A stretch of DNA of 64,000 nucleotides from a bacterium (GCA_016932575.1 JAFGCO010000011.1:108321-172320), one strand, 5' to 3'. Shown: positions 9,953 to 20,669, counted from the stretch's first letter. Numbers and translations are program-made. The notes: generated by a model not told the origin, from the sequence alone.

Positions 9953-10138
9953 ATGTCAAGAAAATGTGAAATTTGCGGTAAGGGGCCCGTTACAGGCAAT
10001 AATGTCAGCCATGCACATAATTTAACCAAACGCCGCTGGCTGCCGAATTTAAAAAAGGTGCGAACAAAAATAAATGGAAGAACCAGGCGAATCACAGTCT
10101 GTACCTCCTGTATTCGTTCAGGGGCCATTAATAAATAG
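9953..10138 (+). CDS. rpmB: 50S ribosomal protein L28
   Basis: 61-aa ORF with the L28 signature (CxxCGK...[16 protein letters not shown]); SD GAGGAAG. Confidence 0.92.
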   Translation: MSRKCEICGKGPVTGNNVSHAHNLTKRRWLPNLKKVRTKINGRTRRITVCTSCIRSGAINK

Positions 10139-10154
10139 ACCATTCATATAGAAC

Positions 10155-10185
10155 AGGCACTCTTCGAGTGCCTTTATTCATTTTT
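10155..10185 (+). terminator. intrinsic terminator after rpmB
   Basis: AGGCACTC-TTC-GAGTGCCT hairpin followed by T-rich tract. Confidence 0.6.
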
Positions 10186-10334
10186 CCTTCCATCAAAACT
10201 TCGCATTAACAATACGCTCAATATTCCGTACCCGGTTAAATTTTTAAATTCTTGCTTGCGTTTCATATGATTGCATTGTAAATTTTGTTAAAGTTAAAAT
10301 CGAATCGAATGATATTAGCCAAGGGAGGTGTTAC

Positions 10335-11810
10335 ATGCATCATTTAAAACAATGTTTTTATCATGGATTCTTTGGGTTTGCCGTTTTAATATTTATCACT
10401 ATCATATTCATAACTGCATCCCTGAACGCGCAAAATCCCAAAACCCTGCTTTTTCAAGACGTGGATACGGCTAAAAAAGAGGCTGAAGCTGCTGAAGCGC
10501 CTCTCTATTCTCCCGGACAATACGAAACAGCTGAAAAAAATTATATGGAAGCTGAAGAAGGATTCAAAAAAGGGAAAAATCTGGAAGACCTGAAAAAAAG
10601 AATTGAAATGTCGCGCATTTATTATCTTAAAGCCATTGAAACCACCAATCAGTTTAAAAATAACTTTGTGAATTGTGTGAATGCACGCTCGGATGCATTG
10701 GCCGTAGATGCACCCGCCTTTCGCCCGGAGAAATGGGGAGACGCGGAAAAAGCACTTGAAAAAGCCGCCAGGACACTCGAGGACGGCAACCTGAAAAGCG
10801 CAAAAGACAGAGCCACCAAAGCGGAAGAACTTTACAGGAAAGTGGAGCTTGAGGCCATCAAAGCCAATTATCTGGATAAAACCCGTGTGCTGATTAAAGA
10901 AGGAAAAAACAGCGATGTAAAAAAGAAAGCGCCGAATACATTGATGACTGCCGAAGAGCTTGCTGACAAGGCCGAAAAACAACTGGTAGAGAATCGGTAT
11001 GATACGGATGAAGCACGGCAGCTCGCTCAGGAAGCCCGGTATTTGGCGGAGCTTGCCAAAACCATTACATTTACCATCAAGCAATGGGAAGATGATGACA
11101 AATCCATGGAAACGATTATTCTGGAGAGTCAGGAACCCATTCAAAAAATATCCGACGCTTTGGATTTGAATGCACGTTTTCATAACGGCATTGATGAACC
11201 CACGGATGCCGTTCTGCGTAAAATCAGACGTATGCAGCAATCCATTGCCACACTGGAACAGGATGTTTCCGACCGTGACGAACAGATTAAGGCACTGTCC
11301 GCTCATGTGGAAAAACTTGAATCACAACTGGGTGATCTGAAAATAAAAGAAGAATCTCTGTCCCAGCTTATGGAACAGCAGCGGCTCTGGCGGGAAAAAT
11401 ATAAACAGGTGGAACAGATGTTCACCCTTCAGGAAGCCCAGGTGCTTCGATCCAAAGACGACGTGATTATCAGACTCTACGGTCTTTCGTTTGATGTGGG
11501 AAAGTCCACAATTCAGCCGGAATATTTCAGTCTGCTGAAAAAGGTTGTGGAAGCATTTCAACTTTACTCCAAAGCTACAATTACGGTTGAGGGGCACACA
11601 GACTCACGGGGCGGCGATGAAGCCAATCAAAAGCTCTCAACCAAACGGGCGGATGCGGTACGTGAATATCTTTTAGCGACCGGCAACATCGAACCGGGTC
11701 TTGTCAGGGCCGACGGTTATGGCGAAAACAAACCGATTGCCAGCAACGACACCCGTGACGGCCGCCGTAAAAACCGCCGGATCGATGTGGTCATCCATCC
11801 GCAAAAATAA
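10335..11810 (+). CDS. OmpA-family protein with long coiled-coil region
   Basis: 491 aa; N-terminal hydrophobic segment, extended charged helical region, C-terminal OmpA/MotB peptidoglycan-binding domain (TVEGHTDSRG...NRRIDVVI). Confidence 0.8.
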   Translation: MHHLKQCFYHGFFGFAVLIFITIIFITASLNAQNPKTLLFQDVDTAKKEAEAAEAPLYSPGQYETAEKNYMEAEEGFKKGKNLEDLKKRIEMSRIYYLKAIETTNQFKNNFVNCVNARSDALAVDAPAFRPEKWGDAEKALEKAARTLEDGNLKSAKDRATKAEELYRKVELEAIKANYLDKTRVLIKEGKNSDVKKKAPNTLMTAEELADKAEKQLVENRYDTDEARQLAQEARYLAELAKTITFTIKQWEDDDKSMETIILESQEPIQKISDALDLNARFHNGIDEPTDAVLRKIRRMQQSIATLEQDVSDRDEQIKALSAHVEKLESQLGDLKIKEESLSQLMEQQRLWREKYKQVEQMFTLQEAQVLRSKDDVIIRLYGLSFDVGKSTIQPEYFSLLKKVVEAFQLYSKATITVEGHTDSRGGDEANQKLSTKRADAVREYLLATGNIEPGLVRADGYGENKPIASNDTRDGRRKNRRIDVVIHPQK

Positions 11811-11832
11811 AGAAGCATACTCTGCATATCAT

Positions 11833-11866
11833 AAAAAAGGCTGTCCATAAGGACAGCCTTTTTTAT
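11833..11866. terminator. bidirectional intrinsic terminator between convergent genes
   Basis: A5-AGGCTGTCC-ATAA-GGACAGCCT-T6. Confidence 0.7.
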
Positions 11867-11919
11867 ATTTTCCGTTTCGGCTTCAGCTTACTATAAAAAT
11901 GAGCCCCTTGAATAACGCC

Positions 11920-13107
11920 TTACTTTTTTGCCATCAAGTCAAGATTCTTTTGAATAAGTGCTGTTCGCTGCTCAACGCAGGCACGGGATCGCATCGGATC
12001 CGGCGGGGTATTTATGCAATAATCGACCAGCTTATCGATGGCAGATGTTGCCACATGCATCCTTGTGTCCGATGAGGCGTAATAAATCAGGATTTCCCCG
12101 TTTTCTCTGGCGACCCATCCGTTGGAAAACAGCACATTGGATACATCACCCACACGTTCTTCTCCCTTGGGCGCCATAAAATATCCACCCGGCTCATAAA
12201 TGAGCCTGGCGGGATCATTTAAATCTGTCATAAACAGATACAGCACATAGCGCAGTCCGGCTGCGCAGTTGCGAACACCATGCGCCATATGCAGCCAACC
12301 CCGCTCTGTTTTAATGGGAGGTGGTCCCTGACCATTTTTGGACTCTTTAATTGTATGATATGCCCGTGCATTGATAATGCTTGAGGATTTTACTTCGGGA
12401 TTGTTAATATCATCGCAAAGGCCGAATCCAACGCCACCACCGCCTCCGGCTTCGATAAAAGAATCCTGAGGCCGCGTGTAAAACGCATATTTGCCGTTGA
12501 CAAACTCTGGATGCAGCACCACATTGCGCTGCTGTGCAGCGGCTGTTTTTAAATCCGGCAACCGCTCCCAGTTTTTAAAATCTTTAGTCCGGACAATGCC
12601 AGCCTGCGCAACGGCACTGGATAAATCGTGAGTAGGAGCATCGGGATCTTTCCGTTCCGTACAGAAAACCCCATAAATCCAGCCGTCTTCATGAAATGTC
12701 AATCTCATATCATACACATTCACATCCGGATTATCGGTTTCAGGCAGCAGTATCGGAAAATCCCAGAACCGGAATCCGTCAATGCCACTATCGCTCTCTG
12801 CAACTGCGAAAAATGATTTCCGATCGTATCCTTCGACTCTTGCAATAAGAATAATCTTACCCTGCCATTCAAGCGCGCCTGCATTAAACACCGCATTGAC
12901 GCCCATTCTTTGCATCAGATGGGGATTGGTTTTCATATCCAGATCATACCGCCAGAAAACAGGCGCATGTTTATCTGTTAAAACGGGATACTGATAACGG
13001 CTGAAAATGCCGTTATCTTCACTTACTTTCACATTTTTCCGCAGGATAAATTGTTCGTGGTCAGAAAGAAGTTGCCGAACTTTCTCATTAAACTGATCTT
13101 GGTTCAT
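11920..13107 (-). CDS. glycoside hydrolase family 130 protein (beta-mannoside phosphorylase-like)
   Basis: 395-aa ORF whose length and conserved blocks ([48 protein letters not shown]) resemble GH130 phosphorylases. Confidence 0.65.
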   Translation of the reverse strand: MNQDQFNEKVRQLLSDHEQFILRKNVKVSEDNGIFSRYQYPVLTDKHAPVFWRYDLDMKTNPHLMQRMGVNAVFNAGALEWQGKIILIARVEGYDRKSFFAVAESDSGIDGFRFWDFPILLPETDNPDVNVYDMRLTFHEDGWIYGVFCTERKDPDAPTHDLSSAVAQAGIVRTKDFKNWERLPDLKTAAAQQRNVVLHPEFVNGKYAFYTRPQDSFIEAGGGGGVGFGLCDDINNPEVKSSSIINARAYHTIKESKNGQGPPPIKTERGWLHMAHGVRNCAAGLRYVLYLFMTDLNDPARLIYEPGGYFMAPKGEERVGDVSNVLFSNGWVARENGEILIYYASSDTRMHVATSAIDKLVDYCINTPPDPMRSRACVEQRTALIQKNLDLMAKK

Positions 13108-13305
13108 ATGACTTTCCCTGTGCTTGATTCGAGCTTCATGTTTGAGAGAAGATCTTGTTAAAAGTTACGTTTAATAAAAAATGCAATTCAGTGCGGCACT
13201 TTGATTTTGTGCCATGTTGTCATCCGTAAAAAATCATAACCACAGGGACTCTCCGGTCCGCCCGCCCGTCCTTGTGGCAGGTTATGTTCGCATATAAATC
13301 ATTAA

Positions 13306-15153
13306 TTATGTTTCAAGATGATCGTACCAGGTTTTTTTCAATATAAAACACGTAATTACAATAATGGCGATGGTGATTGCTAGAGCGCCGAATTTCTGTA
13401 TGACAATAAAAATAGGCAAGGCAACCAATGCGGTCTGCGCAATAATACCAATGATAATATTAAACATATCCCGCTTGAAATTCATATTCTTCTGGAATGC
13501 CGGATCTTCAGCAATCACCTTTTCATAGATCGGCTTCCAGAATCCCCACGGGCGAACCGACTTATAAAACTTTTTCAGGGTTCCTTCATCCGTGGGGGGG
13601 GTCATGATTGTACCCAAAATACAGCCTATAGCAGATATAACCAGAATAACGGGGAAGAAATAGAGTAAAATGATATCCTTAGGAATATCCGGAAACATCG
13701 GGGGCAGTATTTTAGGAAATATTAAAGCAGGAATAATTCCGGTGAGCATACCCCAGAAGTAGCCGTGCCCGTTAAACCGCCACCAGTACCATTTCAAGAC
13801 ATTGGCTGCGATGTATCCGCCCCATAATCCCGAAACAAGCCAAATCAGCACGCTGTTGATATTTTTTGCAAATACACCAAAAACAATACTGACTGCGACC
13901 ACGATTAAACCAATCGTGTAATTTGCCACTTTCACCTGTTTATCCGTAGCTTCCGGTTTGATATATTTTAAATAGATATCATTAATGACATAAGCCTGGG
14001 CGGCATTAAGTGTACCTGCAAATGTCGAATTAAACGCTGCCAAAAGACCGGCCAGGATCAGGCCCAATATGCCCAACGGGGCGAACTGATTGATAGATGA
14101 AGGCAAAATCTGTTCAAAATCAATTTTTCCTGCCACAATCAAATCCAGCTTATCGTAGAACAAAAGAGCCAGAACACCGAATCCGGCAATCATAAAATAT
14201 CGAATCGGATTTAAAATCACCGAAACAAATCCGCTCATTTTAGCAGCCTCTTTCGGATTCTTCGTGGCCAGGATCTTTTGCATATCATAATTCGGAGCGG
14301 GTCCTGCGGCACTGACAAGCACGCCTTTGAATATTAACATCCCGATAAACAGAGAGAACAATGAATATCCGTCTGTAGCAATTTTTGTATTCACTTCATT
14401 AATCACACCGGTCCAGTCAAGATTTAAATTCCATCCAAAAAACGGTGTTTCCCAGCCATTCGGAACCATAAGATGATTTGAAGCAAGGGCATGCATTGCG
14501 ATTATGCCAATAACCAGAGAAGAAACAGTCATGATCAGATATTGAACCAGGTCGGCCCAGACAATACTGATCATACCGCCGATAATTGTATAGAAAACCG
14601 CAAATGCCGTAAAAACCAAACCGTATAAATGCGGAACATATTCTGGTGCCACATGAAATGGAACATATTGAGAAACAATTTCCCAGGGAATAAAGATTTC
14701 AATAAATTTCCCCAGCCCGACAAATCCGTAAGCCAGAAAACCGAGGCAGCTGATAAGCGCAAATACAACCACGATATTATGTGAAAGCTGGGCGTCTCTT
14801 TTTTCTCCAAAACGGGTACTGATCCACTCTGCACCTGTAGTGACATTGGACCGCCTCAGCCAGGCGGAAAGATAAACCATCAGAAAAATCTGGTTAAAAA
14901 TCGGCCATAACCAGGGAATCCAAATACTCTTGAGTCCGTAAACAAACATCAATGTTACAAGCCACATGGTTCCGGAAATATCAAACATTCCCGAAGCATT
15001 GGACAGCCCTAATAAATACCATGGCAATTCATTACCACCCAATAGATAAGAACTTTTACTCTTCTGGGCTCTCTTTCTCAGGATGAGCCCGATGATCACT
15101 GTTGATAAGAGATAAATACCGATGATCAGAATATCGATCAAACGCAGGTTCAT
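13306..15153 (-). CDS. sodium:solute symporter family transporter
   Basis: 615 aa, 13-14 predicted TM helices, SSF-type sequence; SD AAGGAG. Confidence 0.85.
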   Translation of the reverse strand: MNLRLIDILIIGIYLLSTVIIGLILRKRAQKSKSSYLLGGNELPWYLLGLSNASGMFDISGTMWLVTLMFVYGLKSIWIPWLWPIFNQIFLMVYLSAWLRRSNVTTGAEWISTRFGEKRDAQLSHNIVVVFALISCLGFLAYGFVGLGKFIEIFIPWEIVSQYVPFHVAPEYVPHLYGLVFTAFAVFYTIIGGMISIVWADLVQYLIMTVSSLVIGIIAMHALASNHLMVPNGWETPFFGWNLNLDWTGVINEVNTKIATDGYSLFSLFIGMLIFKGVLVSAAGPAPNYDMQKILATKNPKEAAKMSGFVSVILNPIRYFMIAGFGVLALLFYDKLDLIVAGKIDFEQILPSSINQFAPLGILGLILAGLLAAFNSTFAGTLNAAQAYVINDIYLKYIKPEATDKQVKVANYTIGLIVVAVSIVFGVFAKNINSVLIWLVSGLWGGYIAANVLKWYWWRFNGHGYFWGMLTGIIPALIFPKILPPMFPDIPKDIILLYFFPVILVISAIGCILGTIMTPPTDEGTLKKFYKSVRPWGFWKPIYEKVIAEDPAFQKNMNFKRDMFNIIIGIIAQTALVALPIFIVIQKFGALAITIAIIVITCFILKKTWYDHLET

Positions 15154-15351
15154 GTATTGTCTCCTTGATGTATAATGAAAATATAAAAACAGGTCCTGAA
15201 TTCACTGGAATTATCAGGATGAATTCAGCGATTAATATAGTAAATCACCCTTATAAATGCAAGCGCAATCGTTTGCGAAAACCGATTTTTGCCTGAAAAG
15301 TGAATTTTTTCAATTGAAATGACTCATTTTGTTTTTGTGCTTATTCTTTAA

Positions 15352-15400
15352 GCTCCGTTTCAGTCAACCAGCCAACGACCCCATGACTCTACGATCCTCA
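15352..15400. repeat. dispersed partial copy of the 5849-6330 repeat family
   Basis: GCTCCGTTTC...CCAACGACC...GACTCTACGA matches copy B core-tail. Confidence 0.5.
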
Positions 15401-15420
15401 TTTTTCCTGGATCCTGATTC

Positions 15421-16665
15421 TCACTCCTTCCCGCAGCATTGTTTAAATTTTTTTCCGCTGCCACAGGGACACGGCTCGTTGCGTCTTATTCTCAATCCGG
15501 AAGCAATCTGCTCTTTGATCTTCTGCTTTTTCTGTTGAATCTGCCAGATCTCGGCCATTTTTCGAAAGACCGGATCCGCATGCTTAAAAAACATTTGGTA
15601 ACTCTGACATAAATAATTTAATCCGGGTGTATTGTTATGGAAAACACGGTTTTTCGGACAGCCGCCCTGACAATGAACTAACCATGGGCATTTTTGACAC
15701 ACATCCGGTAAATTGCTTTTTACCGACCCGAATTTATTTTGTAACGGGGAATTCAGACAATCTGAAAGGCTGTCCTGTATAATATTTCCCAGCCGCCACT
15801 TTGGATGGACAAAAAAATCGCAGGCATAAATATCTCCGTTATGTTCAATGACTGTATAAATGCCGCATTCAGGCAGCAATGTGCATTCCGGCGGACTCAG
15901 GTGAACATAAGTGAAAAACAAGGATTCAAACCACCGGATATAGGTTGATGGTTTTCCATCAATAAAATCATCATGCCATCGATTAAATAATCGGATCAGA
16001 AATCGACCGTATAATTCCGGGGACACAGTAAAAAAAGCCGGCTCGCCCTTACGATTTGGATGGAATTCAACACAGGGAATAAATTGCATGAATTTGAGGC
16101 CGTTTTCCTTATGAAACGTATAAATCTCATCGGGATACCGCACAGAATGATCATTCACCACAATCAGCGCATTGACATCGACATCCGCTTCGAGCAAAAT
16201 ATCCCTGGCCCGGATAACCCGGGACCAGGTCGGCTGTCCGTTACTGAAACGCCGGTAATGATCATGAACGAATTCCGGTCCGTCCAGAGAAAGTCCCACC
16301 AGAATTCCGGTATCACGGAAAAATCGTGCCCAATCCGAATCGATGAGGATACCGTTGGTCTGCAAGCCATTGCCGCAGTGCTGTCCGGACCGCTGGAATT
16401 TCTGCTGAAATTCAACCGCTTTCTTAAAAAAGGAAATACCCATCAGTGTCGGCTCACCGCCCTGCCATCCAAAAGAAATGTTATTTTCTCCCTGGTCCAT
16501 AACTTGACGCACCAGCATGCGCAAAAGCTCGATTGTCATGCGATGTGTTTTTGATTCAGGAAATAAAGCGGATTTTTGCAGATAAAAGCAGTAAGTGCAT
16601 TCCAGATTGCAATCCGGTCCGGCCGGTTTCACAAGAACAGATTGAATGCCTTTTTTCTTTATCAT
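15421..16665 (-). CDS. radical SAM/SPASM protein, anaerobic sulfatase-maturating enzyme-like, with C-terminal SEC-C motif
   Basis: CNLECTYC (CX3CX2C) cluster, QGGEPTL, Cys-rich SPASM region, C-terminal PCPCGSGKKFKQCCG. Confidence 0.8.
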   Translation of the reverse strand: MIKKKGIQSVLVKPAGPDCNLECTYCFYLQKSALFPESKTHRMTIELLRMLVRQVMDQGENNISFGWQGGEPTLMGISFFKKAVEFQQKFQRSGQHCGNGLQTNGILIDSDWARFFRDTGILVGLSLDGPEFVHDHYRRFSNGQPTWSRVIRARDILLEADVDVNALIVVNDHSVRYPDEIYTFHKENGLKFMQFIPCVEFHPNRKGEPAFFTVSPELYGRFLIRLFNRWHDDFIDGKPSTYIRWFESLFFTYVHLSPPECTLLPECGIYTVIEHNGDIYACDFFVHPKWRLGNIIQDSLSDCLNSPLQNKFGSVKSNLPDVCQKCPWLVHCQGGCPKNRVFHNNTPGLNYLCQSYQMFFKHADPVFRKMAEIWQIQQKKQKIKEQIASGLRIRRNEPCPCGSGKKFKQCCGKE

Positions 16666-16776
16666 CTGTCTATTGCAAAGTAACCTGATCCGTCACCCTG
16701 CAATCCATATCATTTCAGGCCTTTACAGGTATTATTAAACAAAACAAGTGATTATGATTTTAAAATTATCTCACAA

Positions 16777-18807
16777 TTACGACTCATTATCCGCTGCGGA
16801 AGGCCTTGCTTCTGTTGTCCGAATCATCCGGCCCAAAACCACAGTATACTGATGACGCGGATTTATCGTCCGCATCCGCTGATATATCAGAACGGCCTGC
16901 TTATTTTGCTTTTGATTCAGGTATGCCCTCCCCAGATTAAATAAAACCTGAATATCACCGGGAGCCAGGGTATGCGCTCTTTCCAGTATGGGAATCGCTT
17001 CTTCGACATGTCCCTGCATATACTGAATCTGACCGATCCATTTTGTATTAAACGGGGTTTCCCGTAATTGAACGGACTGTTCCAAAATAGAAAATGCCTT
17101 TTTCCAGTCCTGACTTTTCAGACACATTTCCGCAGCTTTTTCATAGAATTCCATTTCTTGAGGAACGATGGTCATTAATGCATTATATTCCCGGAATGCT
17201 TTTTGATACTGTTTTCTGGCCATGTAATATTGCCCCAGTTGCAAATGCGCTTTTTCAAGATTCAGATCCGGATCCGTCATAATTTTAACAGACAGGCTCT
17301 CAGGCAATGTCTTGGGAGTGTAATTGGTCAGGGCATGATTGGGCTGAGATTCCGGCTGAAACGGCCAGCCGCCTTTTAGATAAGCGATACTCAAATCCGC
17401 GTTTGCAGAATCCAGAGCCGTAATGCCCCATGTTTTTTTATATAATTCCATGGAAAAAACACGGGCACTGTCCCATTGGGCCGAAACGTAACTATGGGAA
17501 CGCATGCTCTCGAAAAACGCATCGGCCATTAAAAAATAGCCGTCTATATTGGGATGAAGATGATCCGTCATCAGAGAATTACCGATCATTCCGTGATCCG
17601 AGACAGTCTCAAATGTTCGTTTCACAGGCACAACAACCGCCCTGTATTGCTCTGCGAGATTATGGATAATATGATTCATTATCTCTGGCGCACGAAATCT
17701 CAGCGCATCAAGATCCTTGGCCTGGGTGTAGAGATGATAGGCTTTATCGAAATCTCCTGCGCTTTCGCAGCGCCGTGCCTGATTGAAAACATCTCCGGCC
17801 GGCGGATAATTTTCGGTGGCTTCCGAGACAAACGGCATTTGATCATGAATGTTGCTGACCAGTTCCCCAATCATTACCGGTACACCCGCTTTTTGACACT
17901 TGCTGAATATCAGTTCAAGATTGCCCCTGAACTGGATCAGCCCCTGATTATACAAATTACTTTCAAACGGAATGGACTTTCTGCCGACGATACGGGCCAT
18001 GAGGGTAGCTGTGGGATCCGTTTCACTTGCACCGTGCACTGCATGACTGAACGACTGACGAAAACAACCGGCAACATTCCGTATCAACAGGAAAATACGG
18101 AATTTCCTGAGCTTCATTGTGAATCGTACGACACCAGGATGTCTTCCCAGAGATTCCATGGATCCGACGCCCATGGCGCCGTAATATTCATTATGCCCGG
18201 CATAAATCAAAATCAGGTCAGGATCCTGGCGAATAATTTCATCCGTAAAATCCATCAGTGTATAACTGTTGATCGCAGACATGGCCACATTCACCACTTC
18301 GATAACCCGATCGGGAAATGCATCGGAAAGCCGCTTTTGCAGAATCCGGGAAAACATCAAATTATTGCCATAGGGATATCCAGCAGTAGTGGATCCTCCC
18401 ATCACAAAAATACGGTAACCGTTCTCAGGTTTTTTCTTTAAAAACAGATCGCGTCCGGGAGTCGGTACGGTTTCCTGCATGAAAAAATAGCGTCGGGCCA
18501 CCTCATGATTGATCTGAAAGTAACCGGACATATCACCCTTCATGGGCAAAAACAAACGCAAATCACCGCCATATTGAAACAATCGTAAAGCCAGCTCAAG
18601 CAAAAGAATCATAAAAACGGGAAGGCTTAACGCAATCATGGAAAAAATTCGCAGCTTCCTGGGACTCATTTTTAATGTTATGGATTCCAGATAATCGGCA
18701 ATATCCTGTGTATCCGCCTTGATTGCCCGTGCCAGTTGTTCCGGCGATTGCCGGCGTGCATGTGTTTTGATAAAATGCTTCTGTTTCTCAGTCAGTGCTT
18801 TTTTCAT
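16777..18807 (-). CDS. membrane-anchored SGNH/GDSL-type hydrolase with C-terminal TPR repeats
   Basis: 676 aa; one TM helix; GGSTT and AGHNEY blocks; C-terminal TPR-like helices. Confidence 0.55.
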   Translation of the reverse strand: MKKALTEKQKHFIKTHARRQSPEQLARAIKADTQDIADYLESITLKMSPRKLRIFSMIALSLPVFMILLLELALRLFQYGGDLRLFLPMKGDMSGYFQINHEVARRYFFMQETVPTPGRDLFLKKKPENGYRIFVMGGSTTAGYPYGNNLMFSRILQKRLSDAFPDRVIEVVNVAMSAINSYTLMDFTDEIIRQDPDLILIYAGHNEYYGAMGVGSMESLGRHPGVVRFTMKLRKFRIFLLIRNVAGCFRQSFSHAVHGASETDPTATLMARIVGRKSIPFESNLYNQGLIQFRGNLELIFSKCQKAGVPVMIGELVSNIHDQMPFVSEATENYPPAGDVFNQARRCESAGDFDKAYHLYTQAKDLDALRFRAPEIMNHIIHNLAEQYRAVVVPVKRTFETVSDHGMIGNSLMTDHLHPNIDGYFLMADAFFESMRSHSYVSAQWDSARVFSMELYKKTWGITALDSANADLSIAYLKGGWPFQPESQPNHALTNYTPKTLPESLSVKIMTDPDLNLEKAHLQLGQYYMARKQYQKAFREYNALMTIVPQEMEFYEKAAEMCLKSQDWKKAFSILEQSVQLRETPFNTKWIGQIQYMQGHVEEAIPILERAHTLAPGDIQVLFNLGRAYLNQKQNKQAVLIYQRMRTINPRHQYTVVLGRMIRTTEARPSAADNES

Positions 18808-18998
18808 CCATTAAACTCCGGTGCAATGATATTCCCAACAAATTTACATTTATTTCAAATAATAACTGGAGCAGACGAATGCTGCTGTATCAAAAAATTA
18901 AACATATCTGTCAGGAAGTGCAATCCTTAAATGGATCGCATTCCTGTTACGGTTAAATATTAAACATATTCATTCGAATGATTCAACCAAGGTCCATA

Positions 18999-19037
18999 CA
19001 AAAAAGCCTGTGGTCATAAAACCACAGGCTTTTTTTA
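18999..19037 (-). terminator. intrinsic terminator (bidirectional) downstream of 19062..20669
   Basis: AGCCTGTGGT-CATAAA-ACCACAGGCT followed by T7. Confidence 0.7.
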
Positions 19038-19061
19038 AAAACTTAAATATAATTCTGCAAC

Positions 19062-20669
19062 TTATTTCATCAGCATCATCTTGTTGGTGATAACTTCCGT
19101 TGCTGTTTCCAGCGTGTAGAAGTAAACACCACTGCTGAAGTTAGAACCGTCAAATGTGACGGTGTTCAAACCGGCCTGACGTACATCATTCACCAGTGTG
19201 GCAACTTCGTTGCCCAGAACATCGTACACGGTCAGTTTCACAGCACTCTTCTGAAGCAGGTTGAACTGAATCGTGGTAGACGGGTTGAAAGGATTGGGGA
19301 AGTTCTGAGCCAGAGCGAATTCATCCGGCTGTGCAATATCTTCGACCGCATCGCCACCGACGAGCATGGCTGTTCCCATGCGGGAGGCATCGGCCCAGGT
19401 CATATTGTCACTGCCCCACCAGCGCAGCATGTCTTCGCGTTTGTCCGTTCCGTCACGGTCGTTGATCTGAATTTCGAAGCCAATTTCTGTATCCGCTTCC
19501 AGATCCATCGGCAGATCGGCTGCAGGAATCGTCAATTCACAGGTATAGCCTTCGAGGTCTTCTGCCAGCTCGCCCCAGGCAAAGACACTGTTGGGAGAGT
19601 TGTAATCGTTGACCGGATTGTCCCAGACCCAGCGCATCTGAAGGTCATTGGCATCATAAGAGGTGGCTTTTTCATTGCCGCCGTCGAAACAGAGCTCGAT
19701 ACTGTCGTTCTCATAGCTGTTGGCGCCGCTTGTGTCGAGAACGTCATCAATGATTTCAAACCACAGATAGAGGGCGTCGGCATCCCAGGCGGCCCTGAAT
19801 TCCATCTGAAGGTCTTCCCATTCTTCGATCTCGGTAAAGCTGCCGTCCACCTGATCGGCATTGGTATACACATAGGTGCCTGCTTCGATGACGGGAACAT
19901 CCTGCCACGCAGCATCCAGCTCGCCGTCGACTTCCAGGGCTGCAGGAGCCGGTCCGATATTCAGGACATCGTCAGCTTCATAACCGATCAGCTCGGCAGT
20001 TCCGAACAAAGAAGGATCCTGCCATGCCATGTTGTCTGTACCCCACCAGCGGTACATGTGTTCGCGGCTTTCATTGTCACGGTCATTAATCTGAATCTCG
20101 AAACCGAAAACTTCACCCTCTTCGGCCACAATGCCCAGGGGGTCCAGAGGAAATGCGACTTCGAGGATCCAGCCAAAAGCATCACCGTCAATGGCTTCCC
20201 ATTCGGCTGTGGCGGCTTCGGTGCCTTCTGGACAACTGTCATACAGTGAGGCGTCCGAACCATCCTGAAGCTCGATACGTGTCTGAACGTCATCGGCTCC
20301 GTAGGTGGTTTCTTTATCGTTTCCGGCATCAAAATAAATCTCGGCGCTGTCATTCTCGTAAGAGTTGGCTGAACTTGAGCTGAGTTCATCATCCACAACT
20401 TTGATGAAAATATAAAGATTGGTGTCATCCCACAAAACACGGGATTCAACGAACAGATCAAGATAGCCATCGACTTCTATAGATTCGCCATCGAGCTTTA
20501 CGCAGCGTTCGGTCGAAGCTGCCCAGTAAACAACATCCATGTCACCATCGATAACCGGTGCAGTGGCGGCTTTGTGAACCTGCCATACATCATCTTTAAC
20601 ATAGGCCATCGAGGCTGCAACAAAAATAATCATTGACAAACAAATCAGTGCGGATAACACTCTTTTCAT
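19062..20669 (-). CDS. secreted protein with two CBM9-like carbohydrate-binding domains and T9SS C-terminal sorting domain
   Basis: 535 aa; signal peptide; duplicated module (..WDDTNLYIFIKVVDD.., ..WDADALYLWFEIIDD..); C-terminal NFPNPFNPSTTIQF...GVYFYTLE. Confidence 0.75.
   Translation of the reverse strand: MKRVLSALICLSMIIFVAASMAYVKDDVWQVHKAATAPVIDGDMDVVYWAASTERCVKLDGESIEVDGYLDLFVESRVLWDDTNLYIFIKVVDDELSSSSANSYENDSAEIYFDAGNDKETTYGADDVQTRIELQDGSDASLYDSCPEGTEAATAEWEAIDGDAFGWILEVAFPLDPLGIVAEEGEVFGFEIQINDRDNESREHMYRWWGTDNMAWQDPSLFGTAELIGYEADDVLNIGPAPAALEVDGELDAAWQDVPVIEAGTYVYTNADQVDGSFTEIEEWEDLQMEFRAAWDADALYLWFEIIDDVLDTSGANSYENDSIELCFDGGNEKATSYDANDLQMRWVWDNPVNDYNSPNSVFAWGELAEDLEGYTCELTIPAADLPMDLEADTEIGFEIQINDRDGTDKREDMLRWWGSDNMTWADASRMGTAMLVGGDAVEDIAQPDEFALAQNFPNPFNPSTTIQFNLLQKSAVKLTVYDVLGNEVATLVNDVRQAGLNTVTFDGSNFSSGVYFYTLETATEVITNKMMLMK

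Noticed and set aside
10386-11306. 306-aa minus-strand ORF inside the ompA-family gene
   Set aside because: Antisense shadow ORF in low-complexity Lys/Glu-rich coding sequence; the plus-strand gene has the recognisable OmpA domain and a ribosome-binding site
17554-18441. 295-aa plus-strand ORF inside the SGNH/TPR gene
   Set aside because: Antisense to a longer ORF with recognisable domains; no start-site signals
19532-20470. 127-aa and 160-aa ORFs overlapping the CBM9/T9SS gene
   Set aside because: Alternative-frame ORFs within a well-supported gene
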